A DNA stretch of 64,000 nucleotides from Eledone cirrhosa (lineage: Eukaryota), in the NCBI GenBank assembly GCA_964016885.1, contig OZ024758.1, positions 38,936,001 through 39,000,000 on the forward strand, in the 5' to 3' direction. The notes beneath the pieces are model-generated. The model made no database searches, was not told the DNA's origin, and saw only the letters and a list, made by a program, of their open reading frames with translations. The position numbers were made by a program, and so were the translations under genes. Below, one piece after another: positions 27,091-39,800 of this stretch. Numbering within the stretch: position 1 is the first letter of the stretch; the number at the start of each line of letters is the position of its first letter.

Positions 27091-30000
27091 TTAGCTGTCA
27101 GAAGGAACTCCACTGTTGGTGAGAATTCATTTAAGTTCATGGTATTAGCTGTCAGAAGGAACTCCAATGTTGGTGAGAATTCATTTAAGTCATGGTACTA
27201 GCTGTCAGAAGTAACTCCACTGTTGGTGAGAATTCATTTAAGTTCATGGTATTAGCTGTCAGAAGGAACTCCACTGTTGGTGAGAATTCATTTAAGTTCA
27301 TGGTACTAGCTGTCAGAAGTAACTCCACTGTTGGTGAGAATTCATTTAAGTTCATGGTATTAGTTTGTCAGAAGTAACTCCACTGTTGGTGAGAATTCAT
27401 TTAAGTCATGGTATTAGTTGTCAGAAGTAACTCCAATGTTGGTGAGAATTCATTTAAGCCATGGTACTAGCTGTCAGAAGTAACTCCAATGTTGGTGAGA
27501 ATTCATTTAATTTCATGGTATTAGCTGTCAGAACGAACTCCACTGTTGGTGAGAATTCATTTAAGTTCATGGTATTAGCTCTCAGAAGTAACTCCACTGT
27601 TGGTGAGAGTTCATTTAAGTCATGGTATTAGCTGTCAGAAGTAACTCCAATGTTGGTGAGAATTCATTTAAGTTCATGGTATTAGCTGTCAGAAGTAACG
27701 CCACAGTTGGTGAGAATTCATTTAAGTTCATGGTATTAGCTGTCAGAAGTAACTCCACTGTTGGTGAGAGTTCATTTAAGTTCATGGTACTAGCTGTCAG
27801 AAGTAACTCCACTGTTGGTGAGAATTCATTTAAGTCATGGTATTAGCTGTCAGAAGTAACTCCAATGTTGGTGAGAATTCATTTAAGTTCATGTTATTAG
27901 CTGTCAGAAGTAACTCCAATGTTGATGAGAATTCATTTAAGTTCATGGTATTAGCTGTCAGAAGGAACTCCACTGTTGCTGAGAATTCATTTAAGTTCAT
28001 GGTATTAGCTGTCAGAAGTAACTCCACTGTTGGTGAGAATTCATTTAAGTTCATGGTACTAGCTGTCAGAAGTAACTCCACTGTTGGTGAGAATTCATTT
28101 AAGTTCATGGTATTAGCTGTCAGAAGTCACTCCAACGTTGGTGAGAATACATTTAAGTTCATGGTATTAGCTGTCAGAAGTCACTCCACTGTTGGTGAGA
28201 ATTCATTTAAGTTTATGGTACTAGCTGTCAGAAGTAACCCCAATGTTGGTGAGAATTCATTTAAGTTCATGGTATTAGCTATCAGAAGTCACTCCAATGT
28301 TGGTGAGAATTCATTTAAGTTCATGGTATTAGCTGTCAGAAGTAACTCCACTGTTGGTGAGAATTCATTTAAGTTCATGGTATTAGCTGTCAGAAGTAAC
28401 TCCACTGTTGGTGAGAATTCATTTAAGTTCATGGTATTAGCTGTCAGAAGGAACTCCACTGTTGGTGAGAATTCATTTAAGTTCATGGTACTAGCTGTCA
28501 GAAGTAACTCCACTGTTGGTGAGAATTCATTTAAGTTCATGGTATTAGCTGTCAGAAGTAACTCCACTGTTGGTGAGAATTCATTTAAGTTCATGGTATT
28601 AGCTGTCAGAAGTAACTCCACTGTTGGTGAGAATTCATTTAAGTTCATGGTATTAGCTGTCAGAAGGAACTCCACTGTTGCTGAGAATTCATTTAAGTTC
28701 ATGGTACTAGCTGTCAGAAGTAACTCCACTGTTGGTGAGAATTCATTTAAGTTCATGGTATTAGCTGTCAGAAGTAACTCCACTGTTGGTGAGAATTCAT
28801 TTAAGTTCATGGTATTAGCTGTCAGAAGTAACTCCACTGTTGGTGAGAATTCATTTAAGTTCATGGTATTAGCTGTCAGAAGGAACTCCACTGTTGGTGA
28901 GAATTCATTTAAGTTCATGGTACTAGCTGTCAGAAGTAACTCCACTGTTGGTGAGAATTCATTTAAGTTCATGGTATTAGTTTGTCAGAAGTAACTCCAC
29001 TGTTGGTGAGAATTCATTTAAGTCATGGTATTAGTTGTCAGAAGTAACTCCAATGTTGGTGAGAATTCATTTAAGCCATGGTACTAGCTGTCAGAAGTAA
29101 CTCCAATGTTGGTGAGAATTCATTTAAGTTCATGGTATTAGCTGTCAGAACGAACTCCACTGTTGGTGAGAATTCATTTAAGTCCATGGTATTAGCTGTC
29201 AGAAGTAACTCCACTGTTGGTGAGAATTCATTTAAGTTCATGGTACTAGCTGTCAGAAGTAACTCCAATGTTGGTGAGAATTCATTTAAGTTCATGGTAT
29301 TAGCTGTCAGAAGTAACTCCACTGTTGGTGAGAGTTCATTTAAGTCATGGTATTAGCTGTCAGAAGTAACTCCAATGTTGGTGAGAATTCATTTAAGTTC
29401 ATGGTATTAGCTGTCAGAAGTAACTCCACTGTTGGTGAGAATTCATTTAAGTTCATGGCATTAGCTGTCAGAAGTAACTCCACTGTTGGTGAGAATTCAT
29501 TTAAGTTCATGGTACTAGCTGTCAGAAGTAACTCCACTGTTGGTGAGAATTCATTTAAGTTCATGGTATTAGTTTGTCAGAAGTAACTTCACTGTTGGTG
29601 AGAATTCATTTAAGTCATGGTATTAGTTGTCAGAAGTAACTCCAATGTTGGTGAGAATTCATTTAAGTTCATGGTATTAGCTGTCAGAAGGAACTCCACT
29701 GTTGGTGAGAATTCATTTAAGTTCATGGTATTAGCTGTCAGAAGGAACTCCAATGTTGGTGAGAATTCATTTAAGTCATGGTACTAGCTGTCAGAAGTAA
29801 CTCCACTGTTGGTGAGAATTCATTTAAGTTCATGGTATTAGCTGTCAGAAGGAACTCCACTGTTGGTGAGAATTCATTTAAGTTCATGGTATTAGCTGTC
29901 AGAAGTAACTCCACTGTTGGTGAGAATTCATTTAAGTCATGGTATTAGCTGTCAGAAGTAACTCCATTGTTGGTGAGAATTCATTTAAGTCATGGTACTA

Positions 30001-31749
30001 GCTGTCAGAAGTAACTCCAATGTTGGTGAGAATTCATTTAAGTCATGGTACTAGCTGTCAGAAGTAACTCCAATGTTGGTGAGAATTCATTTAAGTTCAT
30101 GGTATTAGCTGTCAGAAGGAACTCCACTGTTGGTGAGAATTCATTTAAGTTCATGGTATTAGCTGTCAGAAGTAACTCCACTGTTGGTGAGAATTCATTT
30201 AAGTTCATGGTATTAGCTGTCAGAAGTAACTCCACTGTTGGTGAGAATTCATTTAAGTTCATGGTACTAGCTGTCAGAAGTAACTCCAATGTTGGTGAGA
30301 ATTCATTTAAGTTCATGGTATTAGCTGTCAGAAGTAACTCCACTGTTGGTGAGAATTCATTTAAGTTCATGGTATTAGCTGTCAGAAGTAACTCCAATGT
30401 TGGTGAGAATTCATTTAAGTTCATGGTATTAGCTGTCAGAAGTAACTCCAATGTTGGTGAGAATTCATTTAAGTTCATGGTATTAGCTGTCAGAAGGAAC
30501 TCCACTGTTGCTGAGAATTCATTTAAGTTCATGGTATTAGCTGTCAGAAGTAACTCCACTGTTGGTGACAATTCATTTAAGTTCATGGTACTAGCTGTCA
30601 GAAGTAACTCCACTGTTGGTGAGAATTCATTTAAGTTCATGGTATTAGCTGTCAGAAGTCACTCCAATGTTGGTGAGAATTCATTTAAGTTCATGGTATT
30701 AGCTGTCAGAAGTCACTCCACTGTTGGTGAGAATTCATTTAAGTTCATGGTACTAGCTGTCAGAAGTAACCCTAATGTTGGTGAGAATTCATTTAAGTTC
30801 ATGGTATTAGCTGTCAGAAGTCACTCCAATGTTGGTGAGAATTCATTTAAGTTCATGGTATTAGCTGTCAGAAGTAACTCCACTGTTGGTGAGAATTCAT
30901 TTAAGTTCATGGTATTAGCTGTCAGAAGTAACTCCACTGTTGGTGAGAATTCATTTAAGTTCATGGTATTAGCTGTCAGAAGGAACTCCACTGTTGGTGA
31001 GAATTCATTTAAGTTCATGGTACTAGCTGTCAGAAATAACTCCACTGTTGGTGAGAATTCATTTAAGTTCATGGTATTAGTTTGTCAGAAGTAACTCCAC
31101 TGTTGGTGAGAATTCATTTAAGTCATGGTATTAGTTGTCAGAAGTAACTCCAATGTTGGTGAGAATTCATTTAAGCCATGGTACTAGCTGTCAGAAGTAA
31201 CTCCAATGTTGGTGAGAATTCATTTAAGTTCATGGTATTAACTGTCAGAACGAACTCCACTGTTGGTGAAAATTCATTTAAGTTCATGGTATTAGCTGTC
31301 AGAAGTAACTCCACTGTTGGTGAGAATTCATTTAAGTTCATGGTACTAGCTGTCAGAAGTAACTCCAATGTTGGTGAGAATTCATTTAAGTTCATGGTAT
31401 TAGCTGTCAGAAGTAACTCCACTGTTGGTGAGAGTTCATTTAAGTCATGGTATTAGCTGTCAGAAGTAACTCCAATGTTGGTGAGAATTCATTTAAGTTC
31501 ATGGTATTAGCTGTCAGAATTAACTCCACTGTTGGTGAGAATTCATTTAAGTTCATGGTATTAGCTGTCAGAAGTAACTCCACTGTTGGTGAGAATTCAT
31601 TTAAGTTCATGGTACTAGCTGTCAGAAGTAACTCCACTGTTGGTGAGAATTCATTTAAGTTCATGGTATTAGTTTGTCAGAAGTAACTCCACTGTTGGTG
31701 AGAATTCATTTAAGTCATGGTATTAGTTGTCAGAAGTAACTCCAATGTT

Positions 31750-34700
31750 GGTGAGAATTCATTTAAGTTCATGGTATTAGCTGTCAGAAGGAACTCCACT
31801 GTTGGTGAGAATTCATTTAAGTTCATGGTATTAGCTGTCAGAAGGAACTCCAATGTTGGTGAGAATTCATTTAAGTCATGGTACTAGCTGTCAGAAGTAA
31901 CTCCACTGTTGGTGAGAATTCATTTAAGTTCATGGTATTAGCTGTCAGAAGGAACTCCACTGTTGGTGAGAATTCATTTAAGTTCATGGTACTAGCTGTC
32001 AGAAGTAACTCCACTGTTGGTGAGAATTCATTTAAGTTCATGGTATTAGTTTGTCAGAAGTAACTCCACTGTTGGTGAGAATTCATTTAAGTCATGGTAT
32101 TAGTTGTCAGAAGTAACTCCAATGTTGGTGAGAATTCATTTAAGCCATGGTACTAGCTGTCAGAAGTAACTCCAATGTTGGTGAGAATTCATTTAATTTC
32201 ATGGTATTAGCTGTCAGAACGAACTCCACTGTTGGTGAGAATTCATTTAAGTTCATGGTATTAGCTCTCAGAAGTAACTCCACTGTTGGTGAGAGTTCAT
32301 TTAAGTCATGGTATTAGCTGTCAGAAGTAACTCCAATGTTGGTGAGAATTCATTTAAGTTCATGGTATTAGCTGTCAGAAGTAACGCCACAGTTGGTGAG
32401 AATTCATTTAAGTTCATGGTATTAGCTGTCAGAAGTAACTCCACTGTTGGTGAGAGTTCATTTAAGTTCATGGTACTAGCTGTCAGAAGTAACTCCACTG
32501 TTGGTGAGAATTCATTTAAGTTCATGGTATTAGTTTGTCAGAAGTAACTCCACTGTTGGTGAGAATTCATTTAAGTCATGGTATTAGTTGTCAGATGTAA
32601 CTCCAATGTTGGTGAGAATTCATTTAAGTTCATGGTATTAGCTGTCAGAAGGAACTCCACTGTTGGTGAGAATTCATTTAAGTTCATGGTATTAGCTGTC
32701 AGAAGGAACTCCAATGTTGGTGAGAATTCATTTAAGTCATGGTACTAGCTGTCAGAAGTAACTCCACTGTTGGTGAGAATTCATTTAAGTTCATGGTATT
32801 AGCTGTCAGAAGGAACTCCACTGTTGGTGAGAATTCATTTAAGTTCATGGTACTAGCTGTCAGAAGGAACTCCAATGTTGGTGAGAATTCATTTAAGTCA
32901 TGGTACTAGCTGTCAGAAGTAACTCCACTGTTGGTGAGAATTCATTTAAGTTCATGGTATTAGCTGTCAGAAGGAACTCCACTGTTGGTGAGAATTCATT
33001 TAAGTTCATGGTATTAGCTGTCAGAAGTAACTCCACTGTTGGTGAGAATTCATTTAAGTCATGGTATTAGCTGTCAGAAGTAACTCCATTGTTGGTGAGA
33101 ATTCATTTAAGTCATGGTACTAGCTGTCAGAAGTAACTCCAATGTTGGTGAGAATTCATTTAAGTCATGGTACTAGCTGTCAGAAGTAACTCCAATGTTG
33201 GTGAGAATTCATTTAAGTTCATGGTATTAGCTGTCAGAAGGAACTCCACTGTTGGTGAGAATTCATTTAAGTTCATGGTATTAGCTGTCAGAAGTAACTC
33301 CACTGTTGGTGAGAATTCATTTAAGTTCATGGTATTAGCTGTCAGAAGTAACTCCACTGTTGGTGAGAATTCATTTAAGTTCATGGTACTAGCTGTCAGA
33401 AGTAACTCCAATGTTGGTGAGAATTCATTTAAGTTCATGGTATTAGCTGTCAGAAGTAACTCCAATGTTGGTGAGAATTCATTTAAGTTCATGGTATTAG
33501 CTGTCAGAAGGAACTCCACTGTTGCTGAGAATTCATTTAAGTTCATGGTATTAGCTGTCAGAAGTAACTCCACTGTTGGTGACAATTCATTTAAGTTCAT
33601 GGTACTAGCTGTCAGAAGTAACTCCACTGTTGGTGAGAATTCATTTAAGTTCATGGTATTAGCTGTCAGAAGTCACTCCAATGTTGGTGAGAATTCATTT
33701 AAGTTCATGGTATTAGCTGTCAGAAGTCACTCCACTGTTGGTGAGAATTCATTTAAGTTCATGGTACTAGCTGTCAGAAGTAACCCTAATGTTGGTGAGA
33801 ATTCATTTAAGTTCATGGTATTAGCTGTCAGAAGTCACTCCAATGTTGGTGAGAATTCATTTAAGTTCATGGTATTAGCTGTCAGAAGTAACTCCACTGT
33901 TGGTGAGAATTCATTTAAGTTCATGGTATTAGCTGTCAGAAGTAACTCCACTGTTGGTGAGAATTCATTTAAGTTCATGGTATTAGCTGTCAGAAGGAAC
34001 TCCACTGTTGGTGAGAATTCATTTAAGTTCATGGTACTAGCTGTCAGAAATAACTCCACTGTTGGTGAGAATTCATTTAAGTTCATGGTATTAGTTTGTC
34101 AGAAGTAACTCCACTGTTGGTGAGAATTCATTTAAGTCATGGTATTAGTTGTCAGAAGTAACTCCAATGTTGGTGAGAATTCATTTAAGCCATGGTACTA
34201 GCTGTCAGAAGTAACTCCAATGTTGGTGAGAATTCATTTAAGTTCATGGTATTAGCTGTCAGAACGAACTCCACTGTTGGTGAAAATTCATTTAAGTTCA
34301 TGGTATTAGCTGTCAGAAGTAACTCCACTGTTGGTGAGAATTCATTTAAGTTCATGGTACTAGCTGTCAGAAGTAACTCCAATGTTGGTGAGAATTCATT
34401 TAAGTTCATGGTATTAGCTGTCAGAAGTAACTCCACTGTTGGTGAGAGTTCATTTAAGTCATGGTATTAGCTGTCAGAAGTAACTCCAATGTTGGTGAGA
34501 ATTCATTTAAGTTCATGGTACTAGCTGTCAGAAATAACTCCACTGTTGGTGAGAATTCATTTAAGTTCATGGTATTAGTTTGTCAGAAGTAACTCCACTG
34601 TTGGTGAGAATTCATTTAAGTCATGGTATTAGTTGTCAGAAGTAACTCCAATGTTGGTGAGAATTCATTTAAGCCATGGTACTAGCTGTCAGAAGTAACT

Positions 34701-37700
34701 CCAATGTTGGTGAGAATTCATTTAAGTTCATGGTATTAGCTGTCAGAACGAACTCCACTGTTGGTGAAAATTCATTTAAGTTCATGGTATTAGCTGTCAG
34801 AAGTAACTCCACTGTTGGTGAGAATTCATTTAAGTTCATGGTACTAGCTGTCAGAAGTAACTCCAATGTTGGTGAGAATTCATTTAAGTTCATGGTATTA
34901 GCTGTCAGAAGTAACTCCACTGTTGGTGAGAGTTCATTTAAGTCATGGTATTAGCTGTCAGAAGTAACTCCAATGTTGGTGAGAATTCATTTAAGTTCAT
35001 GGTATTAGCTGTCAGAATTAACTCCACTGTTGGTGAGAATTCATTTAAGTTCATGGTATTAGCTGTCAGAAGTAACTCCATTGTTGGTGAGAATTCATTT
35101 AAGTTCATGGTACTAGCTGTCAGAAGTAACTCCACTGTTGGTGAGAATTCATTTAAGTTCATGGTATTAGTTTGTCAGAAGTAACTCCACTGTTGGTGAG
35201 AATTCATTTAAGTCATGGTATTAGCTGTCAGAAGGAACTCCACTGTTGGTGAGAATTCATTTAAGTTCATGGTATTAGCTGTCAGAAGGAACTCCAATGT
35301 TGGTGAGAATTCATTTAAGTCATGGTACTAGCTGTCAGAAGTAACTCCACTGTTGGTGAGAATTCATTTAAGTTCATGGTATTAGCTGTCAGAAGGAACT
35401 CCACCGTTGGTGAGAATTCATTTAAGTTCATGGTACTAGCTGTCAGAAGTAACTCCACTGTTGGTGAGAATTCATTTAAGTTCATGGTATTAGTTTGTCA
35501 GAAGTAACTCCACTGTTGGTGAGAATTCATTTAAGTCATGGTATTAGTTGTCAGAAGTAACTCCAATGTTGGTGAGAATTCATTTAAGCCATGGTACTAG
35601 CTGTCAGAAGTAACTCCAATGTTGGTGAGAATTCATTTAATTTCATGGTATTAGCTGTCAGAACGAACTCCACTGTTGGTGAGAATTCATTTAAGTTCAT
35701 GGTATTAGCTCTCAGAAGTAACTCCACTGTTGGTGAGAGTTCATTTAAGTCATGGTATTAGCTGTCAGAAGTAACTCCAATGTTGGTGAGAATTCATTTA
35801 AGTTCATGGTATTAGCTGTCAGAAGTAACGCCACAGTTGGTGAGAATTCATTTAAGTTCATGGTATTAGCTGTCAGAAGTAACTCCACTGTTGGTGAGAG
35901 TTCATTTAAGTTCATGGTACTAGCTGTCAGAAGTAACTCCACTGTTGGTGAGAATTCATTTAAGTTCATGGTATTAGTTTGTCAGAAGTAACTCCACTGT
36001 TGGTGAGAATTCATTTAAGTCATGGTATTAGTTGTCAGATGTAACTCCAATGTTGGTGAGAATTCATTTAAGTTCATGGTATTAGCTGTCAGAAGGAACT
36101 CCACTGTTGGTGAGAATTCATTTAAGTTCATGGTATTAGCTGTCAGAAGGAACTCCAATGTTGGTGAGAATTCATTTAAGTCATGGTACTAGCTGTCAGA
36201 AGTAACTCCACTGTTGGTGAGAATTCATTTAAGTTCATGGTATTAGCTGTCAGAAGGAACTCCACTGTTGGTGAGAATTCATTTAAGTTCATGGTACTAG
36301 CTGTCAGAAGGAACTCCAATGTTGGTGAGAATTCATTTAAGTCATGGTACTAGCTGTCAGAAGTAACTCCACTGTTGGTGAGAATTCATTTAAGTTCATG
36401 GTATTAGCTGTCAGAAGGAACTCCACTGTTGGTGAGAATTCATTTAAGTTCATGGTATTAGCTGTCAGAAGTAACTCCACTGTTGGTGAGAATTCATTTA
36501 AGTCATGGTATTAGCTGTCAGAAGTAACTCCATTGTTGGTGAGAATTCATTTAAGTCATGGTACTAGCTGTCAGAAGTAACTCCAATGTTGGTGAGAATT
36601 CATTTAAGTCATGGTACTAGCTGTCAGAAGTAACTCCAATGTTGGTGAGAATTCATTTAAGTTCATGGTATTAGCTGTCAGAAGGAACTCCACTGTTGGT
36701 GAGAATTCATTTAAGTTCATGGTATTAGCTGTCAGAAGTAACTCCACTGTTGGTGAGAATTCATTTAAGTTCATGGTATTAGCTGTCAGAAGTAACTCCA
36801 CTGTTGGTGAGAATTCATTTAAGTTCATGGTACTAGCTGTCAGAAGTAACTCCAATGTTGGTGAGAATTCATTTAAGTTCATGGTATTAGCTGTCAGAAG
36901 TAACTCCAATGTTGGTGAGAATTCATTTAAGTTCATGGTATTAGCTGTCAGAAGGAACTCCACTGTTGCTGAGAATTCATTTAAGTTCATGGTATTAGCT
37001 GTCAGAAGTAACTCCACTGTTGGTGACAATTCATTTAAGTTCATGGTACTAGCTGTCAGAAGTAACTCCACTGTTGGTGAGAATTCATTTAAGTTCATGG
37101 TATTAGCTGTCAGAAGTCACTCCAATGTTGGTGAGAATTCATTTAAGTTCATGGTATTAGCTGTCAGAAGTCACTCCACTGTTGGTGAGAATTCATTTAA
37201 GTTCATGGTACTAGCTGTCAGAAGTAACCCTAATGTTGGTGAGAATTCATTTAAGTTCATGGTATTAGCTGTCAGAAGTCACTCCAATGTTGGTGAGAAT
37301 TCATTTAAGTTCATGGTATTAGCTGTCAGAAGTAACTCCACTGTTGGTGAGAATTCATTTAAGTTCATGGTATTAGCTGTCAGAAGTAACTCCACTGTTG
37401 GTGAGAATTCATTTAAGTTCATGGTATTAGCTGTCAGAAGGAACTCCACTGTTGGTGAGAATTCATTTAAGTTCATGGTACTAGCTGTCAGAAATAACTC
37501 CACTGTTGGTGAGAATTCATTTAAGTTCATGGTATTAGTTTGTCAGAAGTAACTCCACTGTTGGTGAGAATTCATTTAAGTCATGGTATTAGTTGTCAGA
37601 AGTAACTCCAATGTTGGTGAGAATTCATTTAAGCCATGGTACTAGCTGTCAGAAGTAACTCCAATGTTGGTGAGAATTCATTTAAGTTCATGGTATTAGC

Positions 37701-39800
37701 TGTCAGAACGAACTCCACTGTTGGTGAAAATTCATTTAAGTTCATGGTATTAGCTGTCAGAAGTAACTCCACTGTTGGTGAGAATTCATTTAAGTTCATG
37801 GTACTAGCTGTCAGAAGTAACTCCAATGTTGGTGAGAATTCATTTAAGTTCATGGTATTAGCTGTCAGAAGTAACTCCACTGTTGGTGAGAGTTCATTTA
37901 AGTCATGGTATTAGCTGTCAGAAGTAACTCCAATGTTGGTGAGAATTCATTTAAGTTCATGGTACTAGCTGTCAGAAATAACTCCACTGTTGGTGAGAAT
38001 TCATTTAAGTTCATGGTATTAGTTTGTCAGAAGTAACTCCACTGTTGGTGAGAATTCATTTAAGTCATGGTATTAGTTGTCAGAAGTAACTCCAATGTTG
38101 GTGAGAATTCATTTAAGCCATGGTACTAGCTGTCAGAAGTAACTCCAATGTTGGTGAGAATTCATTTAAGTTCATGGTATTAGCTGTCAGAACGAACTCC
38201 ACTGTTGGTGAAAATTCATTTAAGTTCATGGTATTAGCTGTCAGAAGTAACTCCACTGTTGGTGAGAATTCATTTAAGTTCATGGTACTAGCTGTCAGAA
38301 GTAACTCCAATGTTGGTGAGAATTCATTTAAGTTCATGGTATTAGCTGTCAGAAGTAACTCCACTGTTGGTGAGAGTTTATTTAAGTCATGGTATTAGCT
38401 GTCAGAAGTAACTCCAATGTTGGTGAGAATTCATTTAAGTTCATGGTATTAGCTGTCAGAATTAACTCCACTGTTGGTGAGAATTCATTTAAGTTCATGG
38501 TATTAGCTGTCAGAAGTAACTCCATTGTTGGTGAGAATTCATTTAAGTTCATGGTACTAGCTGTCAGAAGTAACTCCACTGTTGGTGAGAATTCATTTAA
38601 GTTCATGGTATTAGTTTGTCAGAAGTAACTCCACTGTTGGTGAGAATTCATTTAAGTCATGGTATTAGTTGTCAGAAGTAACTCCAATGTTGGTGAGAAT
38701 TCATTTAAGTTCATGGTATTAGCTGTCAGAAGGAACTCCACTGTTGGTGAGAATTCATTTAAGTTCATGGTATTAGCTGTCAGAAGGAACTCCAATGTTG
38801 GTGAGAATTCATTTAAGTCATGGTACTAGCTGTCAGAAGTAACTCCACTGTTGGTGAGAATTCATTTAAGTTCATGGTATTAGCTGTCAGAAGGAACTCC
38901 ACTGTTGGTGAGAATTCATTTAAGTTCATGGTACTAGCTGTCAGAAGTAAATCCACTGTTGGTGAGAATTCATTTAAGTTCATGGTATTAGTTTGTCAGA
39001 AGTAACTCCACTGTTGGTGAGAATTCATTTAAGTCATGGTATTAGTTGTCAGAAGTAACTCCAATGTTGGTGAGAATTCATTTAAGCCATGGTACTAGCT
39101 GTCAGAAGTAACTCCAATGTTGGTGAGAATTCATTTAATTTCATGGTATTAGCTGTCAGAACGAACTCCACTGTTGGTGAGAATTCATTTAAGTTCATGG
39201 TATTAGCTCTCAGAAGTAACTCCACTGTTGGTGAGAGTTCATTTAAGTCATGGTATTAGCTGTCAGAAGTAACTCCAATGTTGGTGAGAATTCATTTAAG
39301 TTCATGGTATTAGCTGTCAGAAGTAACGCCACAGTTGGTGAGAATTCATTTAAGTTCATGGTATTAGCTGTCAGAAGTAACTCCACTGTTGGTGAGAGTT
39401 CATTTAAGTTCATGGTACTAGCTGTCAGAAGTAACTCCACTGTTGGTGAGAATTCATTTAAGTTCATGGTATTAGTTTGTCAGAAGTAACTCCACTGTTG
39501 GTGATAATTCATTTAAGTCATGGTATTAGTTGTCAGATGTAACTCCAATGTTGGTGAGAATTCATTTAAGTTCATGGTATTAGCTGTCAGAAGGAACTCC
39601 ACTGTTGGTGAGAATTCATTTAAGTTCATGGTATTAGCTGTCAGAAGGAACTCCAATGTTGGTGAGAATTCATTTAAGTCATGGTACTAGCTGTCAGAAG
39701 TAACTCCACTGTTGGTGAGAATTCATTTAAGTTCATGGTATTAGCTGTCAGAAGGAACTCCACTGTTGGTGAGAATTCATTTAAGTTCATGGTACTAGCT
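31750..39800. repeat. Tandem block duplication, 3444/3498 bp (64/65 monomers)
   Basis: 31878/35322, 32308/35752, 33167/36611, 34192/37636, 34676/38120 and 34945/38389 are offset by 3444. 35322/38820 and 35752/39250 are offset by 3498. Confidence 0.9.
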
